Shown: piece by piece, positions 28,155-39,300 of the stretch
Position numbering within the stretch: the stretch's first letter is position 1
How the letters are laid out: every line of letters begins with the position of its first letter
Position numbers and translations under genes: made by a program
Notes under the pieces: model-generated
What the model was told of the DNA's origin: nothing
Databases searched by the model: none
The model's input: only the letters and a program-made list of their open reading frames with translations
Source: an uncultured Nitrososphaerota archaeon
Lineage (GTDB): Archaea; Thermoproteota; Nitrososphaeria; Nitrososphaerales; CADDZS01
Direction: 5' to 3'
NCBI GenBank assembly: GCA_963799845.1
Contig: CAWCYI010000006.1
Coordinates: forward strand, 1,440,001 to 1,504,000
DNA length: 64,000 nt

Positions 28155-29990
28155 TCAAGTGAAGTTTTTGAGTTGGTAGATTCTCACATCGGGATTCTGG
28201 TACACTAGGGTAAGATTCGAATTGGAACTTGCCGGAAAGTTGTTCCAAGGGAACAAGTAAGGCACTGGGGGCAAATTGACAGTCAACACGTTTGTAACCA
28301 AAATGTAATTTGCACTCTCATTCTCAGCTATCGTGATCGCTTCCGAGGGAGTTCTGACATATTCATACAAGCTGGTTCTCCCGATAATGAGGTTAGTGTA
28401 CGTGTATCTCCAATCAGACACCGATAGGTACTTTGAATTATTCGGAGAGTTATCCTTGAGCCAATAAATTGAGCTATACACCGAAACCTGGGATTGCGAG
28501 ACAAGGCCGGAATCGGTAACGGAATCGGTGAAAACGGCCTGCCCCCAAGACCCTATCAGGATCGCACCAAATATGATAAGAATCAAGGCCGCTCTGGGAA
28601 TAGCACTTTCTTGCCTCCCGGACTTTCTCTGAACCATTGAAGATTTTCCTTTAGACTGCCTCGGAAAAAGACCGGAAAGTCCGTAGCCCGCCATCAGAGT
28701 CAAAGGAACAAGGGCCTCGTAAGAGAATCGCCATGCTGAGGTGTCGTTAGGTGCAGCGACGATTAAGGAGAAAAACCATACTATCGGAACAAAATAGATG
28801 GGATTTCTTGAGGGGAGGGCTCTGTACAAATAGAGTATTGATAGAATGAGCATTGCAATCAGGGCATAATCATCATAGACTTCTAGCGCGAGATAGCTAA
28901 GAACTGGGAGCGAAGAAAAGAGACTAGAAAGCGTCGTACTACCAGTAAGCAGGCCTCCGCCAGAGGAAGCTAGAGAAATAATCCTTTCCCCGAGGCCAGG
29001 AAACAAAATCAGCGGAATTACTGCGGGGGCCACAATTACTATTGCTGGAAACAAATATCCTTTTAGATTTTGGTGTTTGTCTTTGGCCATAAAATAATTC
29101 AGAACTGGCAAGAGTAGAATGGCAGGCAGTAGTGTAAGAAGAGTGTAGTGTGACATGTAGGCATTCACGACTGAGATCAGAAAGATGATCCAAGCCGCGG
29201 ATGACTTCCAATCACTGACTACAATACTTAGGGTAATCAGCAAAAACATTGCAGCGAGTATACCGTAGAAATTCGCAAACAACCCCGAGTCGAATACGCT
29301 GGCAAACCAGATTGTGCCGGAAAAAACATAGATCGCCGTCGTCACGAGGGCAGTCCGGGCATCCTGAAATATCTTCTTGGTTGATGAATAGAACAAGAGA
29401 GAAGATAGGACTACGAGTATGGCCATGGTCTGCCTTACAGTGACCAGAGGCTCTCCCCCGACGAATAGCAATCCCGAAGCTCACTGATAGTGTATCCCGT
29501 AGTACAAGATTCCGCTTGGAATCGAAGTGGTCGAGCCGGAGATCAGACCTTGGGCAAGCTGGACATGAATTGCGTAATCTTGACTTTGATATTCGGGGAA
29601 AATTGGGTATTTCGCAAAATAAAGGAGCAAGATTAGCGACTGCGCAAGAATGAATGCGACTAGAATAAAATCAAACTTTGTCGGTTTTGGAAAGCGAATG
29701 TCCCTCTTCCTCATGAATGACAGCAGCAGAGCTACTATCCCCGCGAGAATGATTCCGTAAAGAGTAAAGATGTCGATTCCTTTGAGTCCGCCCAATCCGG
29801 AAGTCCTGACAAGAAGGAAAATTGTATCGATCGACAGGCCTAGACCAAAAGCTAGTCCGATTCTTTCTACAACTGAGCTTTCCTTGCTCCACAGATGCAA
29901 AAGTTCCCCGAAACCAATCCCGGGCAGAAAAATCTCAGCGAGATATAGTAAGAATCCCGCGTAATTAGGTTCAGGAACCATTGGCTCCAT
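28155..29990 (-). CDS. Polytopic GT-C-type (STT3-like architecture) membrane glycosyltransferase, interrupted by an in-frame TGA at 29481-29483
   Basis: The two ORFs are in the same frame (YGIHYQ*ASGLLF). QDYAIH loop motif, many TMs, and a soluble C-terminus SIYWLKDNSP...LSVSDW. Confidence 0.7.
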
Positions 29991-30047
29991 GAGCGTTTTT
30001 GTTAATTAACATAAATCTTCCCAGCAAAAAACCTGCATGTAAAACTG

Positions 30048-31358
30048 CTAGGGAATAGATATCTTGAGAATGGTTTTCTGCGAAATCACCACTCCAAAGG
30101 ATTCCACGAGGATTGTGGCAGAATAGTTTCCCGGCGCAATTGAAGTGAAAGTAAGCTGACCGGTCGATGTTGAGTCGGGATTAAAAATAAGCGCTGTGAT
30201 TGCTGACGTTATCAACCGGCCCGAACTGTCGTTCAGGAGCGCATACACGATACACTGCAAATGCGCGGGTAAGTTATTCGTATAGTTGAAGGTGATAATT
30301 GGAGCATTGTTTGCCACTGAAACCGAGGGTTGCTGGGCGAGGGTCAAGACCTGACTTTGAGAAATCTTGCTGAACACAATGCTCACGATCTTGTTGGTGT
30401 CATTAAGGGCAAGAGAACCCGAAGCCGGTACGTTCTTGTACGCAGAACTAAAATTTCCGTCGAAATTGTATGCCACGTTGAAACTATAGTTACCATTCGT
30501 CAGTTCTGAGTAATTGATTGTGTTAGACTCTGATGACTCAGTGATTCCGTTCATTGTAACAGACCAGTTCAATTTAGAAGCAAGACCTGATTCAACGAAC
30601 GTTACGTCGGAAAAGTTTTGCAATTTTTCAGTCGCAACTGAGCTCGTTGTAGATGAAACGGGAATCTGAATGATAAGGGTGGTGGATTGGTTATTAGAGC
30701 TAGAAACAATCACGGTCACCGAAGCTGGGATAGATTGACCCTGTTGAAATATTCGGGAAAAAGTTCCGAGATTATTTGTCTGAACAAAACCGTCAGACCA
30801 TTCGGCTTTGAAAATATAGGGCGACCTTGCGCCGTAGGCCGTTACACCAAACGCTACCAATGTTTCGTTTTGCGGCTCAGAAAACACCCTTGTAAAAAAC
30901 TCTGAGGCGTATATGCGAGATAGATTAATCGTAGTCGTGATCACAGACTGACCACTTGTTGTCGTTATAACCAACTGAGCCGTTGTAGTCGGTATTCCAA
31001 TTATTGCAATCTCACTGGAAAAATATTGAATGCCGATTATTCCGGCCATAACTGAAATGACAGCGACGACCGCTAGAATCTTGTTTCTTCGTGAAAATTC
31101 GAATCTGTTCGAGACAGGAAGAGTTGTAGATCGTTCATTGGGATACGGTTTATTGCCATATATCGCATAAGATACTATTTGAAGAACTACCCCTAATATC
31201 AGGGCATAAAATCCGTAAGTTGCGAGTGTGTTCGCATTACTTACAACCGCTAGGCTAAGATCAATTGCAGCCCAAACCAGAAGAATCATGAACGCAAGAA
31301 CAAATGGGACACCCCAGTTGTATTGAAGGAAAAACCACGCTTTTCTCTTTAGCGACAT
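30048..31358 (-). CDS. Membrane protein (3 N-terminal TMs) with thermopsin-type repeat and an S-layer-like C-terminal domain
   Basis: VTFVESGL...WSVTMNG...NGNYSF repeat; C-terminal YTNN...VYALL.DSSG....GNYSATI domain. Confidence 0.7.
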   Translation of the reverse strand: MSLKRKAWFFLQYNWGVPFVLAFMILLVWAAIDLSLAVVSNANTLATYGFYALILGVVLQIVSYAIYGNKPYPNERSTTLPVSNRFEFSRRNKILAVVAVISVMAGIIGIQYFSSEIAIIGIPTTTAQLVITTTSGQSVITTTINLSRIYASEFFTRVFSEPQNETLVAFGVTAYGARSPYIFKAEWSDGFVQTNNLGTFSRIFQQGQSIPASVTVIVSSSNNQSTTLIIQIPVSSTTSSVATEKLQNFSDVTFVESGLASKLNWSVTMNGITESSESNTINYSELTNGNYSFNVAYNFDGNFSSAYKNVPASGSLALNDTNKIVSIVFSKISQSQVLTLAQQPSVSVANNAPIITFNYTNNLPAHLQCIVYALLNDSSGRLITSAITALIFNPDSTSTGQLTFTSIAPGNYSATILVESFGVVISQKTILKISIP

Positions 31359-31460
31359 CTGGGTTGCGAAAAGTCTTGCGTACTTTTTCTTTAAATCAAT
31401 TCATCGGTAAACTGGGCGTCTATTATATGAGAGAATGCAGACAAAAGTTATTTCTGGGTC

Positions 31461-32411
31461 TTGAAAGATAGTGGAAATGACTTAATTTCTTTTTATGATA
31501 GCATGATATGGGGAATGCAATTCATGATTTCAGGTCGAACAATCGTAGCTATCATTCCGGCTTTTAATGAGGAAAAGAGCATCGCGAAGGTTCTTCTAAC
31601 GACTGAGAAGTTCGTCGACCGAATTGTTGTTGTCGATGATGGATCAAAGAATCTCACCGGAGATATCGCAAAGCGGCTTGGATTTGAGACTTTGAGACAC
31701 GAATCAAATGAGGGTAAGGGGGCGGCGTTGAGAACTGGTATTGAGTACGCCCAGAAGAAACTCAAATTCGACATTCTTGTTACACTTGATTCTGACCTCC
31801 AGCACGATCCTTCGGAGATTCCACGCCTGATCGAGCCCATTATCGAGGATGCAGCCGACGTGGTAATTGGCGTCAGACCGATGGAGCCCGGAATTATGCC
31901 GAGAGAACGAATAGTTGGAAACAAGCTGTTGGATGCAATGTCCAATCAACAAGATGGGAAAAAGCACCGTGATACACAAAGTGGATTCAGAGCTTACGCA
32001 GAGTCTGCACTTAGCAAGGTTCAATTTCTTGAAAACGGGATGGCGATAGAATCGCAGACCTTCATGGATGCTGTGTCCGCGGGATTGAGGATAGTTGAAG
32101 TCCCAATATCGACCACATATGAAGGCATTACTCCAAAAAGAAGTCGCCTTAATCACCTTTCTCAAATCGTAGATTACTTGCTGACCAGAACGATCGCAGA
32201 TAGTCCCTTGCTTTACCTAGGAGTACCCGGAATAATAGGTGTCGTAATCGGAGTTCTAGCCGGTTTAAGAGTCCTTGAAATTTTTGTGAACAATCATCAA
32301 CAAATTGCTGCCGGTACTGCATTATTGTCTGTTACATTCATAATAATTGGAGCGGTACTGATTGCAACTTCTCTGATAATTAAGCTACTCAAAATTCAGG
32401 CACCGCGTTAA
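31461..32411 (+). CDS. GT2 glycosyltransferase (DPM1-like) with C-terminal TMs
   Basis: IPAFNEE, VVDDGS, NEGKGAAL, DSDLQH, DTQSGFRA. Confidence 0.92.
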   Translation: MKDSGNDLISFYDSMIWGMQFMISGRTIVAIIPAFNEEKSIAKVLLTTEKFVDRIVVVDDGSKNLTGDIAKRLGFETLRHESNEGKGAALRTGIEYAQKKLKFDILVTLDSDLQHDPSEIPRLIEPIIEDAADVVIGVRPMEPGIMPRERIVGNKLLDAMSNQQDGKKHRDTQSGFRAYAESALSKVQFLENGMAIESQTFMDAVSAGLRIVEVPISTTYEGITPKRSRLNHLSQIVDYLLTRTIADSPLLYLGVPGIIGVVIGVLAGLRVLEIFVNNHQQIAAGTALLSVTFIIIGAVLIATSLIIKLLKIQAPR

Positions 32412-33548
32412 TTGAATATCTGTTTTGTTAATAGCTACTATCCTCCTTGGGTAGGAGGAGCAGAGACGTACGTAAGAAACTTAGCAACTGCTCTGTCCGT
32501 CAGGGGGCATCAAGTTACAGTTTATTGCTCTGATAGACCGCTCAATTCCGGCGTAAGCTTTGACAACAGAATCAAGGTGATTAGAATGTACACCCCACTG
32601 GTGTTGTACGGAACGCCGATTGTGCTTTTTCCTCCATCAATAGTAGCCGAAGATTACGATGTAATCCATGCAAATTTTCCCAGCCCGTATCTTGCAGGCA
32701 TTTCTAGTTTCATAAGTGAAATTACTAGTATCCCTTCTGTCCTGACCTGGCACAACGACTTACCACCTGTCACTTCAGGTGCCAGAATTCTTGTAAGCCT
32801 GCATAATTCGCTTGCACCTTCTTATTTGCGCCATTTTGACCGTATCATTGCAACAACGAGAGTGTATGCGACAAAATCGGAAATCCTCAGAAGATTTTCA
32901 TCAAAGGTGAGAGTGGTGGATAATGGTGTGGACACCAAGAGATTCAACCCCGAAGTGAGCGGTGAAACTATTAGAGCTAGATACAACTTGGGCAAAAATA
33001 AGATCGCCCTCTTCGTCGGCGCGTTGACAACATTTCACGCCTACAAAGGAGTGGACGTTCTAATCCGGGCTTTCTCCTTAGTCTCAAAGCAGTGCGAAGG
33101 TACGAGACTTCTTGTCGTAGGCGGAGGAAACCTTCTCAATAGTTACAAACAACTCGCGCTTGAATTAGAGATATCGGATCTAGTAATTTTTGCGGGATAC
33201 GTCGACGATAATGAATTGCCCGAATATTATGCCGCGTCCGATTTCGCGGTTCTCCCAAGTAAGGATTCGTCCGAGGGCTTCGGCTTAGTTTTGATCGAAG
33301 CCATGGCTTGCGGGAAAGCCGTCATAGGTTCGAAAACTGGGGGCATTGTCGATGTAATCACTAACGGAAAAAATGGACTGCTCGTCCAACCGGGGGATGC
33401 CGAGGATCTAAGAGCCGCGATGATTTCTCTATTTACGAATGATAGGGAGCGATTCGCCATAGGCCTGGCCGGAAGAGATTTTGCGATGCTCCATGATTGG
33501 AGCAATGTTGCCGAAAAAGTAGAAACCATTTATAACGAGATACGGTGA
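32412..33548 (+). CDS. GT4 glycosyltransferase
   Basis: YYPPWVGGAE, NGVD, FVG....KG, EGFGLVLIEAMACG. Confidence 0.93.
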   Translation: MNICFVNSYYPPWVGGAETYVRNLATALSVRGHQVTVYCSDRPLNSGVSFDNRIKVIRMYTPLVLYGTPIVLFPPSIVAEDYDVIHANFPSPYLAGISSFISEITSIPSVLTWHNDLPPVTSGARILVSLHNSLAPSYLRHFDRIIATTRVYATKSEILRRFSSKVRVVDNGVDTKRFNPEVSGETIRARYNLGKNKIALFVGALTTFHAYKGVDVLIRAFSLVSKQCEGTRLLVVGGGNLLNSYKQLALELEISDLVIFAGYVDDNELPEYYAASDFAVLPSKDSSEGFGLVLIEAMACGKAVIGSKTGGIVDVITNGKNGLLVQPGDAEDLRAAMISLFTNDRERFAIGLAGRDFAMLHDWSNVAEKVETIYNEIR

Positions 33549-33551
33549 ATT

Positions 33552-34927
33552 TTGATAAAAATACCACGGATGAGACTTAGGACAGTCATTATCATTGGCG
33601 TTGTTTCAAGACTAATTCTCGCCCCATTTTTCGCACATCCGTTCGACATGAACGCATGGTACATCAACGGCGAAGCTTTGTTCAATGGCAAGCAGTCCTT
33701 GATCTACTTTCTAACACCTTATCGGTACTCATTCTTTCTTTTTGTATTCCCTGAAACTTGGCTCTTCAATCAATTGGCAAGCTTTTTCCGAACTACACCA
33801 TTCCAATTTCATCATTGGATCCGAGGCTCAATCCAGGTATTCAATGGGGAATATCGGTAATACCAGGAATTCTCTACGACTTCTTGTTGAAGATTCCACT
33901 TATTGTTTCAGATACAGGAGTCACTTTACTTATTTTTCGAATAGTGAACAATAATTTGCGAGACAAGAATTCGGCTACTCTCGCTGCGGCGCTGTGGTTC
34001 TTGAACCCTCTAGTGATTTGGGTATCCTCGGGATGGGGGATGTTCGATACGTTCCCGGCTCTTTTTACCGTACTTGCCTTGTATTTTGTGTTACAAAGAA
34101 AGTTTACCATAACAGGACTGTTCATCGTTGCAGCGACTTTGACGAAGTTTTACGCGATCGTGTTGTTAGTTCCTCTAATTCTAATTGTTTGGAGAAAAGG
34201 AGGTTTACGAAGTGCGTGGTGGTTTTTGGGTACAACTTCATTGTTTGCGTTGCTGGCAGCAATACCGCTGTTTTTCATTTCAAATCCCCTCTCTTATGTA
34301 ACCGCAACAACACCTTCTTTGGCATTCCAATATGCCGGCCTTTCGCTCTGGACTGCAGTTTCACTGATTTTTTCCGGGCCCTATCTGAACTTGATTTCGT
34401 ATGCTCTAGTAATAGCAGGCTTGTCTTTCGTTTATTTTTTCATGTTTAGAACAAAGTCTAGTTATGGCGAGCTGACAACAATAGTGTCATATTTTCTCAT
34501 CCCGATTATTATTCTGCTCCTTTTTTTCAAATTTGTCGGAGAAAACTACATAGTGTGGCTCGTTCCGTTCTCAGCAATTTTGGCCGTCAGTAATACTAGG
34601 ATTCTGAAGACACATTGGTCAATAAGTTTGGTAGCCCTGTTATCTAGTGTTACGGACTCTCTTCTTCCTTACTACATGCTGCCACTTTCACCCTGGATTG
34701 GTGGATTCCTAGCAAGTATGCTGGGGCTTGTGAGTTCAGAGCGAATCGCGCCGAATGGAACGGTTGTTCAAGGAATCACATTCGGAAAGTTGTTTCTATC
34801 TGCGTTAGGATTGATTTCTTTCGTTATCCTTGTTTTGATGCTGCTAGAATCCCTCCGGATAGTTAAGAAAAATGAAGCTAAAGAACTAGAAAATTTGAGA
34901 GTCGCAGCGAGATCCGCGGTCAGTTGA
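33552..34927 (+). CDS. GT-C (PIG-M/ALG3-like) polyprenol-phosphate-sugar-dependent transferase (one base missing near 33785)
   Basis: RLILAPFFAHPFDM, KIPLIVSD, WFLNPLVIWVSSGWGMFD; two overlapping ORFs join at AAGCTTTTTCC. Confidence 0.75.
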
Positions 34928-34987
34928 TCCATTCACCTTTTTCCACATGTTTTATTAGAAAATCACGACGAGATTTATTAGATTCAA

Positions 34988-35200
34988 GTGTCAGCTCCAG
35001 TGGAAAAGAAAGTTCCAGTAAACATGGATGAAGATCTCTATGTCCTACTAAAAAAAGCAATCATCGGAAGGGGTTTTGCGACGGTTGACGACTTCGTAAA
35101 TTACGTAATGCGCATAGCTGTTGGCAAAGAACATGTTGAACTTGATGAAGAAGATACGACGATAATAACTGCTCGATTAAAGGCCTTGGGGTATCTCTAG
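34988..35200 (+). CDS. Small CopG/RHH-like protein ending in RLKALGYL
   Basis: VPVNMDEDLY..L......GF.TVDDFVNYVMR ribbon-helix-helix pattern with an acidic tail. Confidence 0.75.
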   Translation: MSAPVEKKVPVNMDEDLYVLLKKAIIGRGFATVDDFVNYVMRIAVGKEHVELDEEDTTIITARLKALGYL

Positions 35201-36655
35201 ATTCCAGAGATTCGAGGAAAAGGTTCCGTCGCCTTCGATCGATTTTCCGTCCAAGTACCCGGGCAAGGGTAGATTAAAGTAAGCAAGGACGGTTGGAACA
35301 ATGTCGTGCACTCTAGCACCGACCTGGATATCTGAGGCGGTCTTCGAGTATGAAATCAGAACTCCATTCCTTCGGTGAATTCCCTTCTTAGTGAATAGAG
35401 GCTTACCGATCAAATGCTTGTTGTTCCATCGAGTAGTATCAATCGAGAGACCGTCCGCGGCTTCGACAAGAAGTTTACCCGGAGCACTAGGCGTGTATTT
35501 TCCGTAGTAAATTTCAGCGGTCTTGAATACATTTTTCAAAAGGCCTTTTGCCCTGAGCTCTTGCAATTGCGAAACCAAAGACTCTTGACTTATTTCTGGC
35601 TCGTGCTTTTCTGAAATTCGAATCCAAGCAACAGGCTCATTAATGTTAAGAGCAGTGACCTTCGAAGTGCGTAATTGAGAAGCCTCGTCAATTACCATGC
35701 TCTTACGCAGGCTTTCCTTGCTTTTGTCCAACAACCAAGGAAAATGAAGAAGCACGAACTTGTACACTTTACTAGCGGAACTTGTCGAATCGCTTAGAGA
35801 ATCCCAATTCACTCCTAGGGACATGAGAATACGCGACACTAATGTCTCCGACGAATTTACGTAGCCCTTCGATCTCAACCATTCATTCATAAACAGCAAT
35901 TTCTCAACTCCTCGAAATCCATGATCAGATACAATAAGCAGCCTATCTTCTTTTTCCATTCTAGTTAGCATCGCTCCTAACAGTTGATCGAGCTGCTCGA
36001 ACATTTGATCAACAATTTCGAAATTTCCGTAACTTATATGAAGCAGATCATCTGGCAAACTGTCCACGATTATAACTGCATCCCAATTTTCAGAGTCCAT
36101 CATCTTTGTTGTTGTCGCGATTCTTCTCTTAAGATCGCTAATCATTCGAATTGAAATGGGTTCATAACCTTCGGACACTATCCTCTCGATATTTTGTTCA
36201 GTCGGCAAGTCCTCATACTCGAATCCCGAAAGATCATAGTTCGTTATGATGGTTTCGGGATAACATGAGATTTTCGGTACAAATCTTCCTGTCACGAAAA
36301 CTCCATTTACTTTCGGGGCTGGATATAGGAATGGAACTCCTAGAACTAGAACTCTCTTATTCGCCCAACTGAGATAATCCCACAAAAATGGAATGTCTGA
36401 AGATCCCATATTGGACGGAATGATTTTGTCATTTACAATCTCAAACATTTCAAAAATTCCATGCTTTCCAGGATTCACGCCGGAAAATAGGGTTGTCCAC
36501 GCGGGAGCAGTGACGTAGGGGTAGACTGACAGTAGATCGGAAGATTTTCCTTCGTTAAGCATTTTTTCAAAGTTCGGTAAACTTCTTCTCTTCATCGATT
36601 CGTCCAATACATTCAATGATGCCCCATCGAGACCCAACAAAAATAGAGTCATCAA
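35177..36655 (-). CDS. AlkP-superfamily nucleotide pyrophosphatase/phosphodiesterase (COG3379-like)
   Basis: LGLDGA, PYVTAPAWTTLFSGVNPGKHG, D.L.H, VSDHGF, G.H...G, DIVPTVL. Confidence 0.9.
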   Translation of the reverse strand: MMTLFLLGLDGASLNVLDESMKRRSLPNFEKMLNEGKSSDLLSVYPYVTAPAWTTLFSGVNPGKHGIFEMFEIVNDKIIPSNMGSSDIPFLWDYLSWANKRVLVLGVPFLYPAPKVNGVFVTGRFVPKISCYPETIITNYDLSGFEYEDLPTEQNIERIVSEGYEPISIRMISDLKRRIATTTKMMDSENWDAVIIVDSLPDDLLHISYGNFEIVDQMFEQLDQLLGAMLTRMEKEDRLLIVSDHGFRGVEKLLFMNEWLRSKGYVNSSETLVSRILMSLGVNWDSLSDSTSSASKVYKFVLLHFPWLLDKSKESLRKSMVIDEASQLRTSKVTALNINEPVAWIRISEKHEPEISQESLVSQLQELRAKGLLKNVFKTAEIYYGKYTPSAPGKLLVEAADGLSIDTTRWNNKHLIGKPLFTKKGIHRRNGVLISYSKTASDIQVGARVHDIVPTVLAYFNLPLPGYLDGKSIEGDGTFSSNLWNLEIPQGL

Positions 36656-36679
36656 AGTTCAACCATGTGAATTCAGATA

Positions 36680-37672
36680 CTAGAAAGTTACCTCTTTACC
36701 TTCACGCGATGACTCGTACAGCGCTTCAACCATCTGCAATACTCTTAGTCCGTCTCCCCCACTTGGTACTGGCTGCTCTCCCCTACGTATATGGTCCATA
36801 AAATCCCGAATCTCAAGCTCATGGGATCTTGGGGGCAGATCTGAATAGTCGTACAACGTAGTGTAATCCTCTCCTCTTTTGCCAAGCAATGTTTTGTTTG
36901 CTCTTCTCGAATCCGTAATGACAAAACCGTCAGTCCCGTATACCTCGTAATACATGTATCCGTACCATTCAATCCACGAAGACTGAATCAACGCTGTCTT
37001 GCCATTATTGTTTCGGTAAAGTGAAAATCCATTATCTTCTAGAGGCGCGACTGGCCAATATGATGTACTTGTCATCCCCATGCACTGATTCATGTCCCCT
37101 AGACTTATTCTGCAAATATCTAAGAGGTGACATCCATTATCCAAGAAGGTGCCGCCGCCCGCGGATTCAGAGTCCCAGAACCACCTTCCTTTTAGAAGAT
37201 CTCCATTATGCCCGATGGAACCTCTGAAGAATATCGGGTCGCCTATTTTTTTTGAACTAATTAATTCCAAAGATTTCATTACGTTAGGAAAATATCTATG
37301 GTTGGATCCGGTTTTCAGGAAACCTGAACTAGATTTTGCAGCTTCTACCATTAAGGAGGCTTCCTTGACGCTCCTTGCCAATGGTTTTTCGCACAAAACG
37401 TGTTTGTTATTTTTCAAAGCAGAGACAACGGCGAGAGGATGCATAATATTAGGTGTGCAAACTATAACACAATCTACCCTAGGATCAGAGACTGCATTCT
37501 CAATCTCAGTAGTAAACTTCGCATTGGCATTTTTAGCCGCCTCTAACCCCTTTTCCTTGTCCAAATCAACAATCCATTCAATAGTTGCATCTTCTATTTT
37601 CTTCAGAGAGTCGATTCGCTTAGAACCAAACCAGCCAACTCCAATAATGGCAAAGTGAAATTCGTCTTTCAA
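36680..37672 (-). CDS. Gfo/Idh/MocA-family NAD-dependent sugar oxidoreductase
   Basis: IIGVGWFG, HVLCEKP, GGGTFLDNGCH. Confidence 0.92.
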   Translation of the reverse strand: MKDEFHFAIIGVGWFGSKRIDSLKKIEDATIEWIVDLDKEKGLEAAKNANAKFTTEIENAVSDPRVDCVIVCTPNIMHPLAVVSALKNNKHVLCEKPLARSVKEASLMVEAAKSSSGFLKTGSNHRYFPNVMKSLELISSKKIGDPIFFRGSIGHNGDLLKGRWFWDSESAGGGTFLDNGCHLLDICRISLGDMNQCMGMTSTSYWPVAPLEDNGFSLYRNNNGKTALIQSSWIEWYGYMYYEVYGTDGFVITDSRRANKTLLGKRGEDYTTLYDYSDLPPRSHELEIRDFMDHIRRGEQPVPSGGDGLRVLQMVEALYESSREGKEVTF

Positions 37673-37940
37673 CTCCAGTGCGCGGATTACGTTTCAAGTT
37701 TGATATATATTAATCCTAATTAGTTAAGAGCTAAATCTAAGACTGATTTAGATTATTTCTGTTGTTTCACTGTGACTGGAGAGTCTGTTCAAGTCCGCGT
37801 TTTTGTCAATCAGACCGGTGAACGAGAATGGGGAACACCCTTCTAATTTCCAACCTTTGCAAAAATGATGCCGTCCACCGCAGCATTTGAAGTCTGAACG
37901 TTTGGACGCGGTCATTCATCTCTTGTGTGTTTAGTTATGG

Positions 37941-39065
37941 TTATTTTCCTGCCGATGCTTGTCTCAACACATCGAGCGTTACACTTGCAGTATTCTCCCA
38001 ATTGAATTTCTTGCTGAATTCCTCTGCGTTTGCCGAGAACTCTCTCCATTTGACCTTGTCCGCCAGTATCGAAGTTGTTTTCTCAGAAATCAAATTAGGA
38101 TCATTCGAATCGAGCAAGTATCCATTTACCCCGTTGCTAACTACATCAATTTGCGATCGGGTTACCAAGACTGGCACTCCGGCTGTTTGACTCTCTATTG
38201 CTGCTATCGTCCAACCTCCTTCATCCAATGATGTACAAACATACAATGATGATGATCTTAGAATGCTAGCCTTCTCTTGTTCGGAGACGAAACCGCAAAA
38301 TTCGACATTTTCTTGAATTCCCAATGACCGGGATATGTTTCGAAGTGTGACTTCATAATCACCTTTACCGACTACCCGAAGTTTGACCCCTGGTATCTTC
38401 TTACGAATCAACGGAATAGCTTTCAATATGTCTTGGACGCCTTTGTATTTTTTCAATCTGCCGAGGTACGCAAGATTCGAGTTAGGCCTTTCGATTTTCG
38501 GCGCGTTTCTTAGCGATTCGAACCAACTATCTGACACACCCGGGTAAGCAACGTGAATTTTGTCTTTGTTAAAACCATATTTCATAATTAATTGCTTAGA
38601 GGACTGTGAAATTGTAGTTACTTCGCAACCATTGTAAATTCTTGGGATAAGTGCGGAAGCCGCATAGGCGACCAAGAATACAGGGGTCATATACCATTTT
38701 ATTTCTTGGGACAAAACAGACTTATTCTCAAGCGAATAAATTTGGGCGACGATTGGAAGTCTTGAGTAGCAGGGTGAAAAGAATGGAATCGTATTTATGC
38801 TTTCAAATATTGCGTCATATCGCTTCCCTTTTTTCGAAAGTAAATATTTTACCACACTAGGGTATATCGTGTATTTGTTGCCTATCCTCTGAACAAAGAC
38901 TCCGTCGATCTTTTCAATTTTCGGAGCATTCTTGAATGAAGAGCACAATAGGGTCACCTCATTGCCTAACTTGGTCCAGTGTGACGCAATTTCTTGGAGG
39001 TGTAACTCAGCACCCCCTGCCTCCGGATTGCGCACATCCCGCCAGTTTAACATCAAAATTTTCAA
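37941..39065 (-). CDS. GT4 glycosyltransferase
   Basis: LNWRD..NPEAGGAE, YLGRLKKYKG, EGGW.IAAIESQTAG. Confidence 0.92.
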   Translation of the reverse strand: MKILMLNWRDVRNPEAGGAELHLQEIASHWTKLGNEVTLLCSSFKNAPKIEKIDGVFVQRIGNKYTIYPSVVKYLLSKKGKRYDAIFESINTIPFFSPCYSRLPIVAQIYSLENKSVLSQEIKWYMTPVFLVAYAASALIPRIYNGCEVTTISQSSKQLIMKYGFNKDKIHVAYPGVSDSWFESLRNAPKIERPNSNLAYLGRLKKYKGVQDILKAIPLIRKKIPGVKLRVVGKGDYEVTLRNISRSLGIQENVEFCGFVSEQEKASILRSSSLYVCTSLDEGGWTIAAIESQTAGVPVLVTRSQIDVVSNGVNGYLLDSNDPNLISEKTTSILADKVKWREFSANAEEFSKKFNWENTASVTLDVLRQASAGK

Positions 39066-39300
39066 TTCAATATCTCAACCTCGGATTCGAGAACTCTATC
39101 TGCTGATCCAACCTAACAACGTGACCACTTACAATGGTTTGAAGTACCATTCTTATTTCTTCTTGTCGAGATACTCAACATTCGTGATCTTGCATGGGCT
39201 GTCCTAATTTTCTTTTGAACTCGATTTTCAGAATTTCTAATTCAGTGATCTCGTAAAATGGCAAAAGATTATTAGAGAATCTCAACAAGAGGTTACCTGT

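Noticed and set aside
29481-29483. In-frame TGA as selenocysteine or programmed readthrough
   Set aside because: No redox-type context in a membrane glycosyltransferase. The codon overlaps an AGCT site like the other lesions, so a base-call error (for example TTA read as TGA) is more economical.
37690-37930. Possible structured ncRNA or tRNA in the intergenic gap
   Set aside because: Only short, imperfect complementarity; no cloverleaf or T-loop consensus.
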